DNA of 64,000 nt from Alphaproteobacteria bacterium. Its GTDB lineage: Bacteria; Pseudomonadota; Alphaproteobacteria; UBA828. A program made the translations under genes and the position numbers. The first letter of the stretch is position 1. Each line of letters begins with the position of its first letter. The stretch spans positions 128,001-192,000 of the forward strand of contig CBDCRW010000004.1 in NCBI GenBank assembly GCA_965221125.1, in the 5' to 3' direction. Below the pieces are notes generated by a model. That model saw nothing but the letters and a program-made list of their open reading frames with translations. It ran no database searches and was not told the DNA's origin. This document shows, in pieces, positions 48,290 to 58,485 of the stretch.

Positions 48290-51166
48290 ATGAAGCCCTC
48301 GGCACCGCCGGCCGGCGAAGCGGAAGCCGACCATTCGGCCCATCTGCTTCGCCTGATCGAGATCCTGTACCGGGAGGTCCACCCCGGACGCGCGCCGCCG
48401 CCAGTCGCTCTCGAGAGCAGGCTGACCGAGGACCTGGGCTTCGACAGCCTGGGACGCACGGAATTGCTGCTGCGCGTCGAACGGGAGTTTTCCGTCTCGC
48501 TGCCCGCAGAGACGCTGGCCGGGGTGGAGACCGCCGCCGATCTCTGGCGCGCCATCGAGGCGGCCGCTCCTAGAGGCGAAGGCCGGATCGCACAATCTGT
48601 TACGTCCGCGCTTCCGGGTCCGGTCGAATCGATACCGCGAGACGCCGGGACCCTGACCGAGACACTGGACTGGCAGGCGGCGGTCCATCCGGACCGTACC
48701 CACGTCTGGCTGACGGAACGGGAAGGCGAGTGCGAGACCATCAGCTACGCGCACCTTCGCGAGCGGGCACTCGCCGTCGCGGGCGGGCTTCTGGAAGCCG
48801 GACTGGCGCCCGGCGCCCGCGTCGCCCTGATGCTGCCCACATGCGCCGGATTCCTCCATGCCTTCATCGGCATTCTCTATGCCGGATGCATCCCGGTTCC
48901 GATCTATCCGCCCGCGCGCCTGTCGCAGCTCGAAGATCATCTGCGCCGTCAGGCCGCGATCCTCGCGAATGCAGAGGCCGAACTGCTGATCACGGTGCGC
49001 GAAGGCCTCGCGCTGGCGCATTTCCTGCGCTCGACGGTCGAGAGCATGCGGTCGATCGAGACCGTGGACAGCCTGGTGGCCGCCGGCAACTCGGAACGGG
49101 GTCCGACCCGCACAGCGGAGGACGTGGCCCTTGTTCAATACACCTCCGGCAGCACGGGGGATCCCAAGGGCGTGGTGCTGAGCCATGCCAACCTTCTCGC
49201 CAACATCCGCGCCATGGGCCAGGCCATGGCCGTCGAGCCCGACCGCGACGTCTTCGTGAGCTGGCTGCCGCTCTACCACGACATGGGACTGATCGGCGCG
49301 TGGCTCGGCAGCCTCTACTTCGCCGTTCCGGTGTCGATCATGTCGCCATTGGTGTTCCTGGCCCGGCCGGAGAGCTGGCTGTGGGAGATCCATGCGCGCC
49401 GTGGAACCCTGTCGGGAGCGCCGAACTTCGCCTATGACCTCTGCGCCCACCGCATCGACGACCGAGCGATCGAGGGGCTCGATCTGAGTTCGGCCCGGAT
49501 GGTGGTGAACGGCGCGGAGCCCGTGCGCGCCTCGTCGGTTCGTGCCTTCTGCGAACGCTTCGCCGCCTACGGATTCGACCCCGGGGCGCTGTCCCCGGTC
49601 TACGGTCTGGCCGAGAACAGCGTGGGTCTGGCGTTCCCGCCGCCCGGCCGGGGTCTGCTGTGCGACCGCATCGATCGAAGCGCGCTGGCGGCGCGTTCCG
49701 AAGCGGTGACCGTGCCGGCCGGTCACGGCGATGCGCTGGAAGTCGTGGCGTGCGGCTCCCCGATCCCCGGACATCAGTTCCGGGTCGTCGACGAGAGCGG
49801 CCGCGAAGTGGCGGAACGCCGCCAGGGGCGGCTGCAATTCATGGGTCCTTCCGCGACCCGCGGCTATCGGCTCAACGAGAAGGCGACGCGGGAGCTGTTC
49901 GACGGAGAGTGGCTGGAGACCGGCGATCTTGCCTACGTCGCTGGGGGTGACGTCTATCTCACAGGCAGGATCAAGGACGTCATCATTCGGGGCGGACGCA
50001 ACATCCACCCGCACGAGGTGGAGGCCGCCGTCGGGGACCTGACGGGCGTTCGGCGGGGATGCGTCGCGGTGTTCGCTGCCTCTGTTGCGGACGAGGCCGA
50101 AAAGCTGGTGGTGGTCGCCGAGACGCGCGAGGAGTCCGGCGAGACCCGTGCGCGGCTGCGACGCGACGTGGAGGCGGCGGCCTTGGACGTCGCGGGAGTG
50201 GCACCGGACGAGGTCGTGCTGGCGCCGCCGCGTTCCGTGCTCAAGACCTCGAGCGGCAAGGTGAGGCGCGGCGCCACCCGCGCGTGCTACCTGGAAGGGC
50301 GTCTGGAGCGACCCGGTGCCGCACTGTGGTGGCAGCTCGTTCGGCTGTCACTGTCGGGGGCGGCGGCCAGGGTTTCAGCGGCGCACCGCGCGATCCTGGA
50401 CCATGCATTCGCCGCCTACTGGTGGGCGGTGCTGGCTGCGCTGGCGCTCGTCGTGTGGCCTTCGGCGATCGCATTGCCGCGGCGCGCGTGGCGCTGGTGG
50501 GCGCTCCGCGTCGCCGCGCACCTGATGTTGACGCTCACGGGCACGCGCTTGACGGTGGATGGCGCGATCGTGGCGGAGCGAGGCGCGATCGTCGTGGCCA
50601 ATCACTCCAGCTATTACGACAGTCTGGCGCTGGTGGCGGCCCTGCCCGGCGAGATCGCGTTCGTCGCCAAGGCGGAGCTGGCGCCGCAGTTCTTTGCGGG
50701 GACGCTGCTGCGGCGCATCGGCACGCTGTTCGTGGAGCGGTTCGACGAGGCGCGCGGGGTCAGCGATCTGGACGTCGTGATCGAGGCGGCCCGCGCGGGG
50801 CGGCGGGTGGCGGTCTACCCGGAAGGGACCCTGACCCGACGCCCCGGCCTCCTCGCCTTCAAGCTCGGTGCTTTCGCCGCCGCAGCAGCCGCAGACGTTC
50901 CCGTGGTGCCGATGACGCTGCGCGGTACCCGGTCGATACTGCGGGGCGGGCAGTGGTTTCCCCGCCCGGGAGACGTGCATGTGACGATCGGCCCTCCGGT
51001 CAGTGCGAGGGGGGCCGGCTTCGATGCGGCGATCCGGCTGCGGGACGAGGCGCGGGCGGCGATCCTGGCCAGCTGCGGAGAGCCGGATCTCGCCGAGGAA
51101 GCGACCCTGCTGGCGGATCGCAGGAAGAGGCGACCGTCGCCGGCCGGCAGCGCCGCCCCGTCCTGA
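48290..51166 (+). CDS. ACP + fatty acyl-AMP ligase + PlsC-type acyltransferase fusion
   Basis: DLGFDSL (Ppant Ser), YTSGSTGDPKG, SWLPLYHDMGLIG, YGLAE, KTSSGK, NHSSYYD (HX4D), YPEGT. Confidence 0.88.
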   Translation: MKPSAPPAGEAEADHSAHLLRLIEILYREVHPGRAPPPVALESRLTEDLGFDSLGRTELLLRVEREFSVSLPAETLAGVETAADLWRAIEAAAPRGEGRIAQSVTSALPGPVESIPRDAGTLTETLDWQAAVHPDRTHVWLTEREGECETISYAHLRERALAVAGGLLEAGLAPGARVALMLPTCAGFLHAFIGILYAGCIPVPIYPPARLSQLEDHLRRQAAILANAEAELLITVREGLALAHFLRSTVESMRSIETVDSLVAAGNSERGPTRTAEDVALVQYTSGSTGDPKGVVLSHANLLANIRAMGQAMAVEPDRDVFVSWLPLYHDMGLIGAWLGSLYFAVPVSIMSPLVFLARPESWLWEIHARRGTLSGAPNFAYDLCAHRIDDRAIEGLDLSSARMVVNGAEPVRASSVRAFCERFAAYGFDPGALSPVYGLAENSVGLAFPPPGRGLLCDRIDRSALAARSEAVTVPAGHGDALEVVACGSPIPGHQFRVVDESGREVAERRQGRLQFMGPSATRGYRLNEKATRELFDGEWLETGDLAYVAGGDVYLTGRIKDVIIRGGRNIHPHEVEAAVGDLTGVRRGCVAVFAASVADEAEKLVVVAETREESGETRARLRRDVEAAALDVAGVAPDEVVLAPPRSVLKTSSGKVRRGATRACYLEGRLERPGAALWWQLVRLSLSGAAARVSAAHRAILDHAFAAYWWAVLAALALVVWPSAIALPRRAWRWWALRVAAHLMLTLTGTRLTVDGAIVAERGAIVVANHSSYYDSLALVAALPGEIAFVAKAELAPQFFAGTLLRRIGTLFVERFDEARGVSDLDVVIEAARAGRRVAVYPEGTLTRRPGLLAFKLGAFAAAAAADVPVVPMTLRGTRSILRGGQWFPRPGDVHVTIGPPVSARGAGFDAAIRLRDEARAAILASCGEPDLAEEATLLADRRKRRPSPAGSAAPS

Positions 51167-51193
51167 CGGCGCGGTTTGCCGAGGGTGGCGCTG

Positions 51194-53283
51194 CAGGGCT
51201 CGTTTTTTGTCCGCCCGGCGAGCGGCGTGAGGTGATCGCGGCGCTGGTCATTTCGTTTTCGCTGTGGCAGTGTAGCGGCCATGGCGACGTTGCCGGGCCT
51301 GGATTCGTCCATTGATCTGCGTGCGGTCACGGTGCGCCCGACCTGGGGCGCGCGGGAGCACCGGCGCTGGGACCGGCTGGTGGAGGAGCACCACTACCTG
51401 CGATTCCACGGCGTCGTCGGCAAGGGGCTGCGCCATGTCGCGGTGCATGGCGAGACCTGGCTCGCCCTGATCGGCTGGCAGCCGGGCGCGTTCAAGCTGG
51501 CCGCGCGCGACCGCTGGATCGGCTGGTCGGCGGAGCAGCAGTTCCGGCGCCTGCATCTGATCGCGAACAACTCGCGCTTCGTGATCCTGACGCCTGAGCG
51601 GGTTCCCAACCTGGCCTCGCGGGTTCTGGGGCTGAGCCTGCGGCGGCTGTCTGCGGACACCCAGGCGGTGCATGGATACCCGGCGCTCCTGGCCGAGACC
51701 TTCGTCGATCCCGCGCGCTTCGCCGGCACCTGCTACCGCGCGTCGAACTGGCGCTCGCTGGGGATGACGCGCGGCTTTGCCCGTGACCCCGGAGCTGCTC
51801 CGCGCTGGCGCCACCACGGCCAGCCCAAGGAGGTCTTCGTGTTCGAACTTAGCGATGGCGCCGCCGAAGCGCTGAGCCGGGCCGAGATCCCGGCGAACTG
51901 GAACGCCGAGCAACACAGCGAGCCGATGACGGCGCCCCGGCTGCGCAGCCTGTTCGAGTGCCTGGGCGAGGTGCCCGAGTGCCGCCATGCCCGGGGCAAG
52001 CGCTATCCCTTGAAGACCGTGCTGGCGGTTGCCGTCGCCGCCCGCCTTGCCGGCTACCGGGGCTCGACAGCCTTCGCCCAGTTCGCCGCCCTGCTCTCGC
52101 AGGAGCAGCTCGAGGCGGTCGGCGCGTTCTGGAGCCCTTCGAAGAAGCGCTACACCGCGCCCGCGATCACCACCTTCCACAACATCCTCGCCGCCCTGCC
52201 GCCGGAGACGCTGGACAACGCCATCGGCCGGTGGACCGGCCAGCACGACGGCGCGCACGCCCCGGTCGCCATGGACGGAAAGGACCTGCGCGGCGCCTCG
52301 AAGCAGACCGAAGACGGGCGGCGCATGATGGTCGCGGCGCTGGTGCACAAGACCGGCATGGTCCTGGGACAGGTCGAGGTCGATAGAAAGAGCAACGAGA
52401 TCCCCGCCGTGCGCGAACTCTCCAGCAGTCTCGACCTCGCAGGCCGGACCGTCACCCTCGATGCGATGCACGCCCAGCACGAGACCGCGCGCTGCCTGCT
52501 CGGGCGTCGCGCCGACTACGTGGTCACCGCGGTGAAGGACAATCAGGAGACCATCCTCGAAGACCTCAAGGCGATCGACTTCTCCGACGCGCCCTGGCAC
52601 GAAACCGTCGACAAGGGCCATGGCCGCATCGAGCGCCGCCGCTGCGCCGTCGTCGACCTCTCCGCTGCCGAATGGGACGGCTACGCCAACCTTCACGGAC
52701 GCCGCCAGGCGATGCGCATCGAACGCGAGCGCGAGATCCTCAAGACCGGCGAGCGCAGCGTCGAGGTGACCTGGAGCCTGACCTCGCTCGGCGCAGACCG
52801 CGCCGGGCCCGAGGAGCTTCTGGCTCTGGTCCGCAATCACTGGCACATCGAGAACCGGCTGCACTACGTGCGCGACTTCACCTATGACGAAGACCGCTGC
52901 CGGGCGTACGTGCGCCACCTGCCGCGCAATCTCTCCTGCCTGACCAACGCGGCCATCGCCATCGTGCGCTGCGACGGGCGCTTCCGCTTCCTGCCCGAGG
53001 CCAACCGGCATTATGCCGCCCGCGCCCAGGAGGCTCTCGACGCGATCCTGATCGCGCCCGCTGCATGATCCTGCGGGCGTAACCGCGTCGCAGAGCGCGA
53101 CGGGACGCGCCGTCGAACGGCGCGGCGGGATCGCTTTGCCCGGCGAGCCCGAAAACCGAGCCCTACCGGCCCCCGCGGACCCCATGCAGCCGCCCAGCCA
53201 AGCTCGGCCAGGACCTTCATCGGCCCAAGCCTGCCCGCTCTCGGTCATCCCGCCCTCTCAGCCATGACTAAAAAATGTTCCTG
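51194..53283 (+). mobile_element. ISAs1-family element, 2,090 bp
   Basis: Imperfect IRs CAGGGCTCGTTTTTTGTC and GACTAAAAAATGTTCCTG. 10-bp TSD GGTGGCGCTG at 51184-51193 and 53284-53293. Confidence 0.9.
51281..53068 (+). CDS. ISAs1 transposase with N-terminal DUF4338-like domain
   Basis: N-terminus HHYL, ARDRWIGW, NNSRF, NLASRVL, ETFVD, GTCYRASNW. C-terminus MDGKDLRG, KSNEIPA, DAMHAQ, VKDNQ, HGRIERR, HWHIENRLHYVRD...EDR. Confidence 0.9.
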   Translation: MATLPGLDSSIDLRAVTVRPTWGAREHRRWDRLVEEHHYLRFHGVVGKGLRHVAVHGETWLALIGWQPGAFKLAARDRWIGWSAEQQFRRLHLIANNSRFVILTPERVPNLASRVLGLSLRRLSADTQAVHGYPALLAETFVDPARFAGTCYRASNWRSLGMTRGFARDPGAAPRWRHHGQPKEVFVFELSDGAAEALSRAEIPANWNAEQHSEPMTAPRLRSLFECLGEVPECRHARGKRYPLKTVLAVAVAARLAGYRGSTAFAQFAALLSQEQLEAVGAFWSPSKKRYTAPAITTFHNILAALPPETLDNAIGRWTGQHDGAHAPVAMDGKDLRGASKQTEDGRRMMVAALVHKTGMVLGQVEVDRKSNEIPAVRELSSSLDLAGRTVTLDAMHAQHETARCLLGRRADYVVTAVKDNQETILEDLKAIDFSDAPWHETVDKGHGRIERRRCAVVDLSAAEWDGYANLHGRRQAMRIEREREILKTGERSVEVTWSLTSLGADRAGPEELLALVRNHWHIENRLHYVRDFTYDEDRCRAYVRHLPRNLSCLTNAAIAIVRCDGRFRFLPEANRHYAARAQEALDAILIAPAA

Positions 53284-53363
53284 GGTGGCGCTGCCGGCAG
53301 ATCGACACCCCGACAGCGTGTCCCTAGAGTGTCGTGGACAGGGCGGACCGCTGGGGGAACGGC

Positions 53364-54719
53364 ATGCGGGGCAAGCGCAAGGCCATATGGGGGTGGATGT
53401 TCTTCGACTGGGCGGCCCAGCCCTTCTACACGCTCGTCCTCACCTTCGTCTTCGGTCCCTATTTCGTGTCCGAAGTGGTTGCCGATCCCGCGCAGGGCCA
53501 GGCCTTGTGGGGTCTTGCGATCGCGGTGGGCTCGATCGTCGTCGCGTTGACGGCGCCGTTGCTCGGCGCCGTCGCCGACGCGAGAGGACCGCGCAAGCCG
53601 TGGATCGTCGGCTTCTCCGTCCTCTATGTCGTCGGTGCCGCCGGGCTTTGGGGAGCAGCACCGGGATCGGCCGACCTCACGGCGATCCTGTTCTTCCTCG
53701 TTCTTGCCCTGATCGGGGCCGAGTTCACGGGAGTGTTCACCAACGCCGCCTTGCCGTCGCTCGGCGGCAAGAACGAGATCGGCCGCATTTCCGGCTCCGG
53801 CTGGGCGCTGGGATATTGGGGAGGGTTGGTGAGTCTCGTGATCGTGCTCGGTCTGATGGCGCCGGTGCCGGGTTCGGAAAGAACCGTGACCGGCCTCGTC
53901 CCGATCTTCGGCCTCGACCCCGCGCTGGGCGAGGGCGCCCGCGCCGCCGGCCCGCTGTCGGCCGTCTGGTACATCGTCTTCATCGTCCCGTTCTTTCTCT
54001 GGACCCCTGACACGAAGCGCCAGGCCCCGGCCACGAACACCGTCATCCGGGGCCTGAAGGACCTGAAGGACACTCTCGCTTCCCTGCCCTCGCGGGGCAG
54101 CTTCCTCGCCTATCTCGCCTCCTCGATGTTCTACCGCGACGCGCTCGGCGGGCTCTTCATCTTCGGCGGCATCTACGCGGCGGGCGTTCTGGAATGGGGC
54201 ATGTTCGAGCTCGGCGTGTTCGGGGTGGTCGGCCTCGTCGCCGGCGCGGCGGGAGCCTGGATCGGTGGCCGTGCCGATGTGCGGTTCGGACCGAAACCCG
54301 TGATCGTCGCCACCATCCTTACGTTGATGATCTTCTCCTTCATCATCATCACCACCGGCCCGGACGAGGTTCTGTTCATCGGCGTCGGCACCGCCGAGGC
54401 GCCATCGAGCCTGCCGACCATCGTGTTCTACGTCTGCGGTGCGGTCATCGGGGCGGCGGGAGGGCCGCTCCAGGCGGCGTCCCGAACCATGCTCGTGCGC
54501 TAGGCCGGAGAGGAGCGAATGACCGAGGCGTTCGGGCTCTACGCGCTGGCCGGCAAGGTGACCTCGTTCGTGGCCCCCCTTCTGGTCGCATTCGCCACCG
54601 ACGCAAGCGGCAGCCAGCGCGTCGGCGTCACGCCGATCCTGGCCCTCTTCCTCGTCGGCCTGGTCCTCATGGTCTGGGTGCGCGCCGACGGCGCGCAGGC
54701 CCGCCGCCGGCAGGCCTGA
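53364..54719 (+). pseudogene. UMF1-type MFS transporter with a single in-frame TAG at 54501-54503
   Basis: WMFFDWAAQPF, GRISGSGW..GY.GG, ...SRTMLVR*AGEERMTEAFGLYALAGK continuing in the same frame. Confidence 0.85.
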
Positions 54720-54744
54720 TCGAAGAGAATCCAGCGGGCGATGA

Positions 54745-54894
54745 CGGCAACGATCTCGGCTCGACCGCGCGGCGTGAGTTTTGCATTCTTGTGGACGTTC
54801 ATCCGGGGCTCTCCTCTCGGTTCGCTGACAGGCTTTCTTCACCCATCGGCTTCCGAGATTCGGCTCCGGATGGACAACCTATTGAGAGATCACA
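54745..54894 (-). mobile_element. Truncated IS481-family left end
   Basis: Minus strand CTAGA-TGTGATCTCTCAATAGGTTGTCC resembles the IS481 left end, followed by MNVHKNAKLTPRGRAEIV and then loss of similarity. Confidence 0.78.
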
Positions 54895-54990
54895 TCTAGC
54901 CCCGGTGCGAGGTGGAGGTACCTGCAGGAGCGCGTCCGCTACTGCCGGACGCGCTCCTGCGATCGACTCATACTCTGGTCGCAGCTCTGC

Positions 54991-55992
54991 TTAGCGGATG
55001 CCGGCCTCGATTTCGGGAATGAGCTGATCGATGTTGTCCGGCGTCACCAGGCCGATGCCGGTGTCGATGTCGAGACCCGGAATGGCGTAGGTCGAGGACA
55101 GAACGCACTGAACCACCGGCAGGAAGCCCTGCAGGAAGAGGTTCTGATCGAACAGGACGTGGACATAGCCGTCCTGCACCGCTTCGACGGCGGCGGGCAC
55201 GATGTCGTAGCCCGCACCGAAGATCTCGCCGGGCTCCTTGCCGGCTTCCTTGAGAGCCTTGCCCAGGAACCCGGTCACCGTGCCGTGCGAGGTGATGATC
55301 GACTTCACGTCGGGGGTGCGCTCGATATAGGCGACGAGGATCGGCACGGCGAGCGACGGGTCGGCGTTCACTTCCGGGCTGATCTCGATGTAGTCGATGG
55401 TCATGTTGTTTTCTTCGTAGACGTCGAGAGCGCCCCGCTCGAGCTTGCCGCGTTCGTCCTGCGAAAGCAGGCCGTAGACCATGACGCGGTCGCCTTCCTT
55501 GAGGCCGGCGTTCTTGATCGTCGCGCCCGCGACGAGGCGGCCCGAGCGGTAGTTGTCCATCCCGACGAAGCCGAAGCCGGATTGGCGGTACTCGTTGAAG
55601 AGATCGCTGAGCTGGGAGTTGCCGCTGGTCAGCACGATGCCGCGCTCCCGGGCCTCTGCGGCGAGATCCCAGAAGGCATCGTTGCCGGGGTGCCCCATGA
55701 TCTCGATGCAGTCCGGATTGGCCGCCATGGCCTCCTTGAACTGGTTGATCATGACGTCGGGCTGCCACGCGGAATACTGCTCGCGCAGGTCGACGCCGAA
55801 GGCCTCGGCTGCGGCGCGGGCGCCATTGGTCCGCGCCAGCGTGGCGCCACCGCCGGGGTTCCCGCCCATCTGGAAGTACATTACCAGGCCTTCGCCGATG
55901 GTCTGGGCCTGGCTCGGGGCCGCCGCACCCGCCGCGATTACCAAACCCGCTGCGACGGCAACGGCGCTGAGATACTTGCGTGTTCCGGACAT
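54991..55992 (-). CDS. Sugar ABC substrate-binding protein
   Basis: Signal peptide, FVGMDNY..G, GYD, DQNLFLQGF. Confidence 0.88.
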   Translation of the reverse strand: MSGTRKYLSAVAVAAGLVIAAGAAAPSQAQTIGEGLVMYFQMGGNPGGGATLARTNGARAAAEAFGVDLREQYSAWQPDVMINQFKEAMAANPDCIEIMGHPGNDAFWDLAAEARERGIVLTSGNSQLSDLFNEYRQSGFGFVGMDNYRSGRLVAGATIKNAGLKEGDRVMVYGLLSQDERGKLERGALDVYEENNMTIDYIEISPEVNADPSLAVPILVAYIERTPDVKSIITSHGTVTGFLGKALKEAGKEPGEIFGAGYDIVPAAVEAVQDGYVHVLFDQNLFLQGFLPVVQCVLSSTYAIPGLDIDTGIGLVTPDNIDQLIPEIEAGIR

Positions 55993-56091
55993 TGTCCTCT
56001 CCCTGGTTGCAAGGTGAACGAACTCACCGCGCCTCGGCATCGGACTGCATTGGCGCGGGGTGGTGCTGGCGCATCGCGCCCTCAAGGCCGC

Positions 56092-57189
56092 TCAAGGCGG
56101 CCTCGTTCTTCGCGGCCCTTCGGAGTCTTCCTGAGGCCCAAGGCCGCCCATTCCGGCAATCTTTCTGACACCGGCCAATCCCCTCGGCTTCTCCACGGTC
56201 AGGTGGAACGTGACGGCCGCGATGAACACGAGACCGACGACCAGGCGTGTCCAGAAGCCGCTGATGCCGCTGCCGACGACCCCGGCTTCGACCGTGCCGA
56301 CGATGAACGAGCCGAAGACCGTGCCGACGATGCTGCCCTTGCCGCCGGATATCGACGTGCCGCCGATGAAGACCGCGGCGAGCGCGACCAGCAGGAATCC
56401 GGTGCCCTGGGTGGTGAAGAAGTTCTTGTTCTCCAGCGTCAGCATGACGCCGGACAAGGCGCCGAGCACGCCCATCAGCGTGAACAGCTTGATCTTCTCC
56501 CGATCGACCTTGACGCCCACCACGCGGGCCACGTTCGCATTGTCGCCGATGAAGAGAAGGTGCTCGCCGAAGCGGTGCCGGTTGAGGATGAACCACATCA
56601 GCGCCGCCAGCGCGATGGCCCAGAAGAACTGAACCGGCACCGGGCCGATCCGTCCCGTGAGCACGTCGAAGATCACGTACTCCTTGATGTCCCGGATGTT
56701 GTGACTCAACCCGCCCGAGGAGATGACCGTCGCGCCCTCCCAGACGAAGAGGGTCGCAAGGGTCGCGATGATCGAGGGAATGCCGATCCGCACCACAAGG
56801 AGGCCGTTGAGGAAGCCGATCAGGCCGCCGACGAGAAGCGCCACGACGAAGGCGCCCCATACCAGCAGGTCGTGCTTGTCGGCCATGTCCTCGTCGAGAG
56901 GGAAGACGCCGAACTTGGTGATCATCACGAAGACCAGGCTGGACACCTTGAGCACGGAGGGGAAGGAAAGGTCGATCTCCCCGGCGGCGATGACCAGGGT
57001 GAGGCCGAGGCCGAGAATGAGCGGGGGCACGACCGTGCTGCCCAGCGTCGTGTACATGCGATAGCCGAGGAAGCTCTCGGGCGCCGTGATCATGAAGGCG
57101 CCGATCACGACGAGGAACGCGAGGATGATCGGCAGGCCTTCGACCCGCGTCCAAAACGTCTGATGGGTCTTGAGCTCAGGCCTCGGCAT
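56092..57189 (-). CDS. Sugar ABC permease
   Basis: GEIDLSF, IPSIIATL, GDN..VARVVG, AAVFIGGTS. Confidence 0.9.
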   Translation of the reverse strand: MPRPELKTHQTFWTRVEGLPIILAFLVVIGAFMITAPESFLGYRMYTTLGSTVVPPLILGLGLTLVIAAGEIDLSFPSVLKVSSLVFVMITKFGVFPLDEDMADKHDLLVWGAFVVALLVGGLIGFLNGLLVVRIGIPSIIATLATLFVWEGATVISSGGLSHNIRDIKEYVIFDVLTGRIGPVPVQFFWAIALAALMWFILNRHRFGEHLLFIGDNANVARVVGVKVDREKIKLFTLMGVLGALSGVMLTLENKNFFTTQGTGFLLVALAAVFIGGTSISGGKGSIVGTVFGSFIVGTVEAGVVGSGISGFWTRLVVGLVFIAAVTFHLTVEKPRGLAGVRKIAGMGGLGPQEDSEGPRRTRPP

Positions 57190-57964
57190 GCTGGCGTTCG
57201 GTCTGCAACTCGATAAGGAAGGAGGTCAGCTCGGCGACCGTCATTTCTCCCCGCTGGACCTCGTTGACGATGGTGCCGCGGTCGATAATGACGATGCGGT
57301 CGGCGACCGCGTGCACGTGGGCGAGGTTGTGCTCGATGTAGAGGCAGGCGCGGCCGGAGGTCTTGATGTCGTCGACGAACTCCAGGACCTTGCCCACCTC
57401 CTTCACGCCGAGCGCCGCCGTCGGCTCGTCGAGCAGGATGAGATCGGCGTTGAAGTGCATGGCGCGGCCGATGGCGATGCCTTGCCTCTCGCCGCCCGAG
57501 AGGTCCTCGACGATGGTGTCGACCGTGATGCCGGCGCCGCGGAAGCCGATCGACTTGAGCAGGATCTCCTGGGCGAGCTCCTTCTGCTTGCGGACGTTGA
57601 TGAAGCCCAGGCGATTGGTGATCTGACGGCCGACGAAGAAGTTGCGCCAGAGCGGCTGCTTCTCGCAGAGCGAGCGTTCCTGGTGGACGGTCTCGATGCC
57701 GTACTGATGCGCCCTGAGGACGGAGTAGTCCCGGAGGTCGATTTCCCGGTCGCGGATGTAGAGGCTGCCCGCCGTCGGTCGCAGCACGCCGGTGATGATC
57801 TTGATGAGAGTTGACTTGCCGGCACCGTTGTCGCCGACGAGGCCGACGATCTCGTTGCGGCCGACGCTCAGGTCCACGCCGGTAAGCGCGCCGACGTTGC
57901 CGAACCACATCTCGATGCCTTCGGCGCGGAGGGCGTTCGCGTAGTCTTGACCGCCTCGATCCAT
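57176..57964 (-). CDS. Sugar ABC ATP-binding protein
   Basis: GDNGAGKST, LSGGERQ, LLDEPT. Confidence 0.92.
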   Translation of the reverse strand: MDRGGQDYANALRAEGIEMWFGNVGALTGVDLSVGRNEIVGLVGDNGAGKSTLIKIITGVLRPTAGSLYIRDREIDLRDYSVLRAHQYGIETVHQERSLCEKQPLWRNFFVGRQITNRLGFINVRKQKELAQEILLKSIGFRGAGITVDTIVEDLSGGERQGIAIGRAMHFNADLILLDEPTAALGVKEVGKVLEFVDDIKTSGRACLYIEHNLAHVHAVADRIVIIDRGTIVNEVQRGEMTVAELTSFLIELQTERQHAEA

Positions 57965-58155
57965 CGGTGACTCCGCACTCGCCTCTCGGACCGATTGCCT
58001 GGGGGCAAGAGTAGAGCAAAGGCTGTGCGCGGAGCAAAGAAACGCCAGGGCAAGTGTCGCCAGCACATGACCTGTTCGGCTTGGGTAGCGCACGGGTTTT
58101 TCGGTCAGGCTTTTGATCGGCGCACTGGTTCGGTGCCGATCGGCGCGGTAACCCA

Positions 58156-58422
58156 ACCCTTGGGTGCGACGGCCTGGTCCATCGAAACCGGCGGGGCGAG
58201 GCACAGCACCATGTGGTCCGCCTTGTATCGGTAGTTTCCGCCCACGGTGCCGGCGACGTGTTCGTGGGCGCGATCGCAGCCCGCGTGGCCGCGTCCGCCG
58301 CGATGGAGGATGCCATCGCCACAGCCCAGGCCGCCGCCGCCCGCTTCGTGTCGACACCTCTTGAAGAGAGAGGGATTTCGGTCGCCGCCGGCAGCGGTCA
58401 GTCGCGGGCGCGCCGGATATAG
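58156..58422 (+). pseudogene. PfkB/ribokinase-family C-terminal remnant
   Basis: TLGCDGLV...VVSAHGAGDVFVGAIAA.....AI..A.AAAA..VS contains the GAGD anion-hole motif; no N-terminal part. Confidence 0.75.
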
Positions 58423-58485
58423 ACCGCCGCGGCGAACGGTCCCCCGCCGGCCCGGGCCGGGGGATCGCCCACCATCATCGGTGGT

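Noticed and set aside
51248-53248. 666-aa antisense ORF spanning the ISAs1 transposase
   Set aside because: Shadow frame of a GC-rich gene with no motifs.
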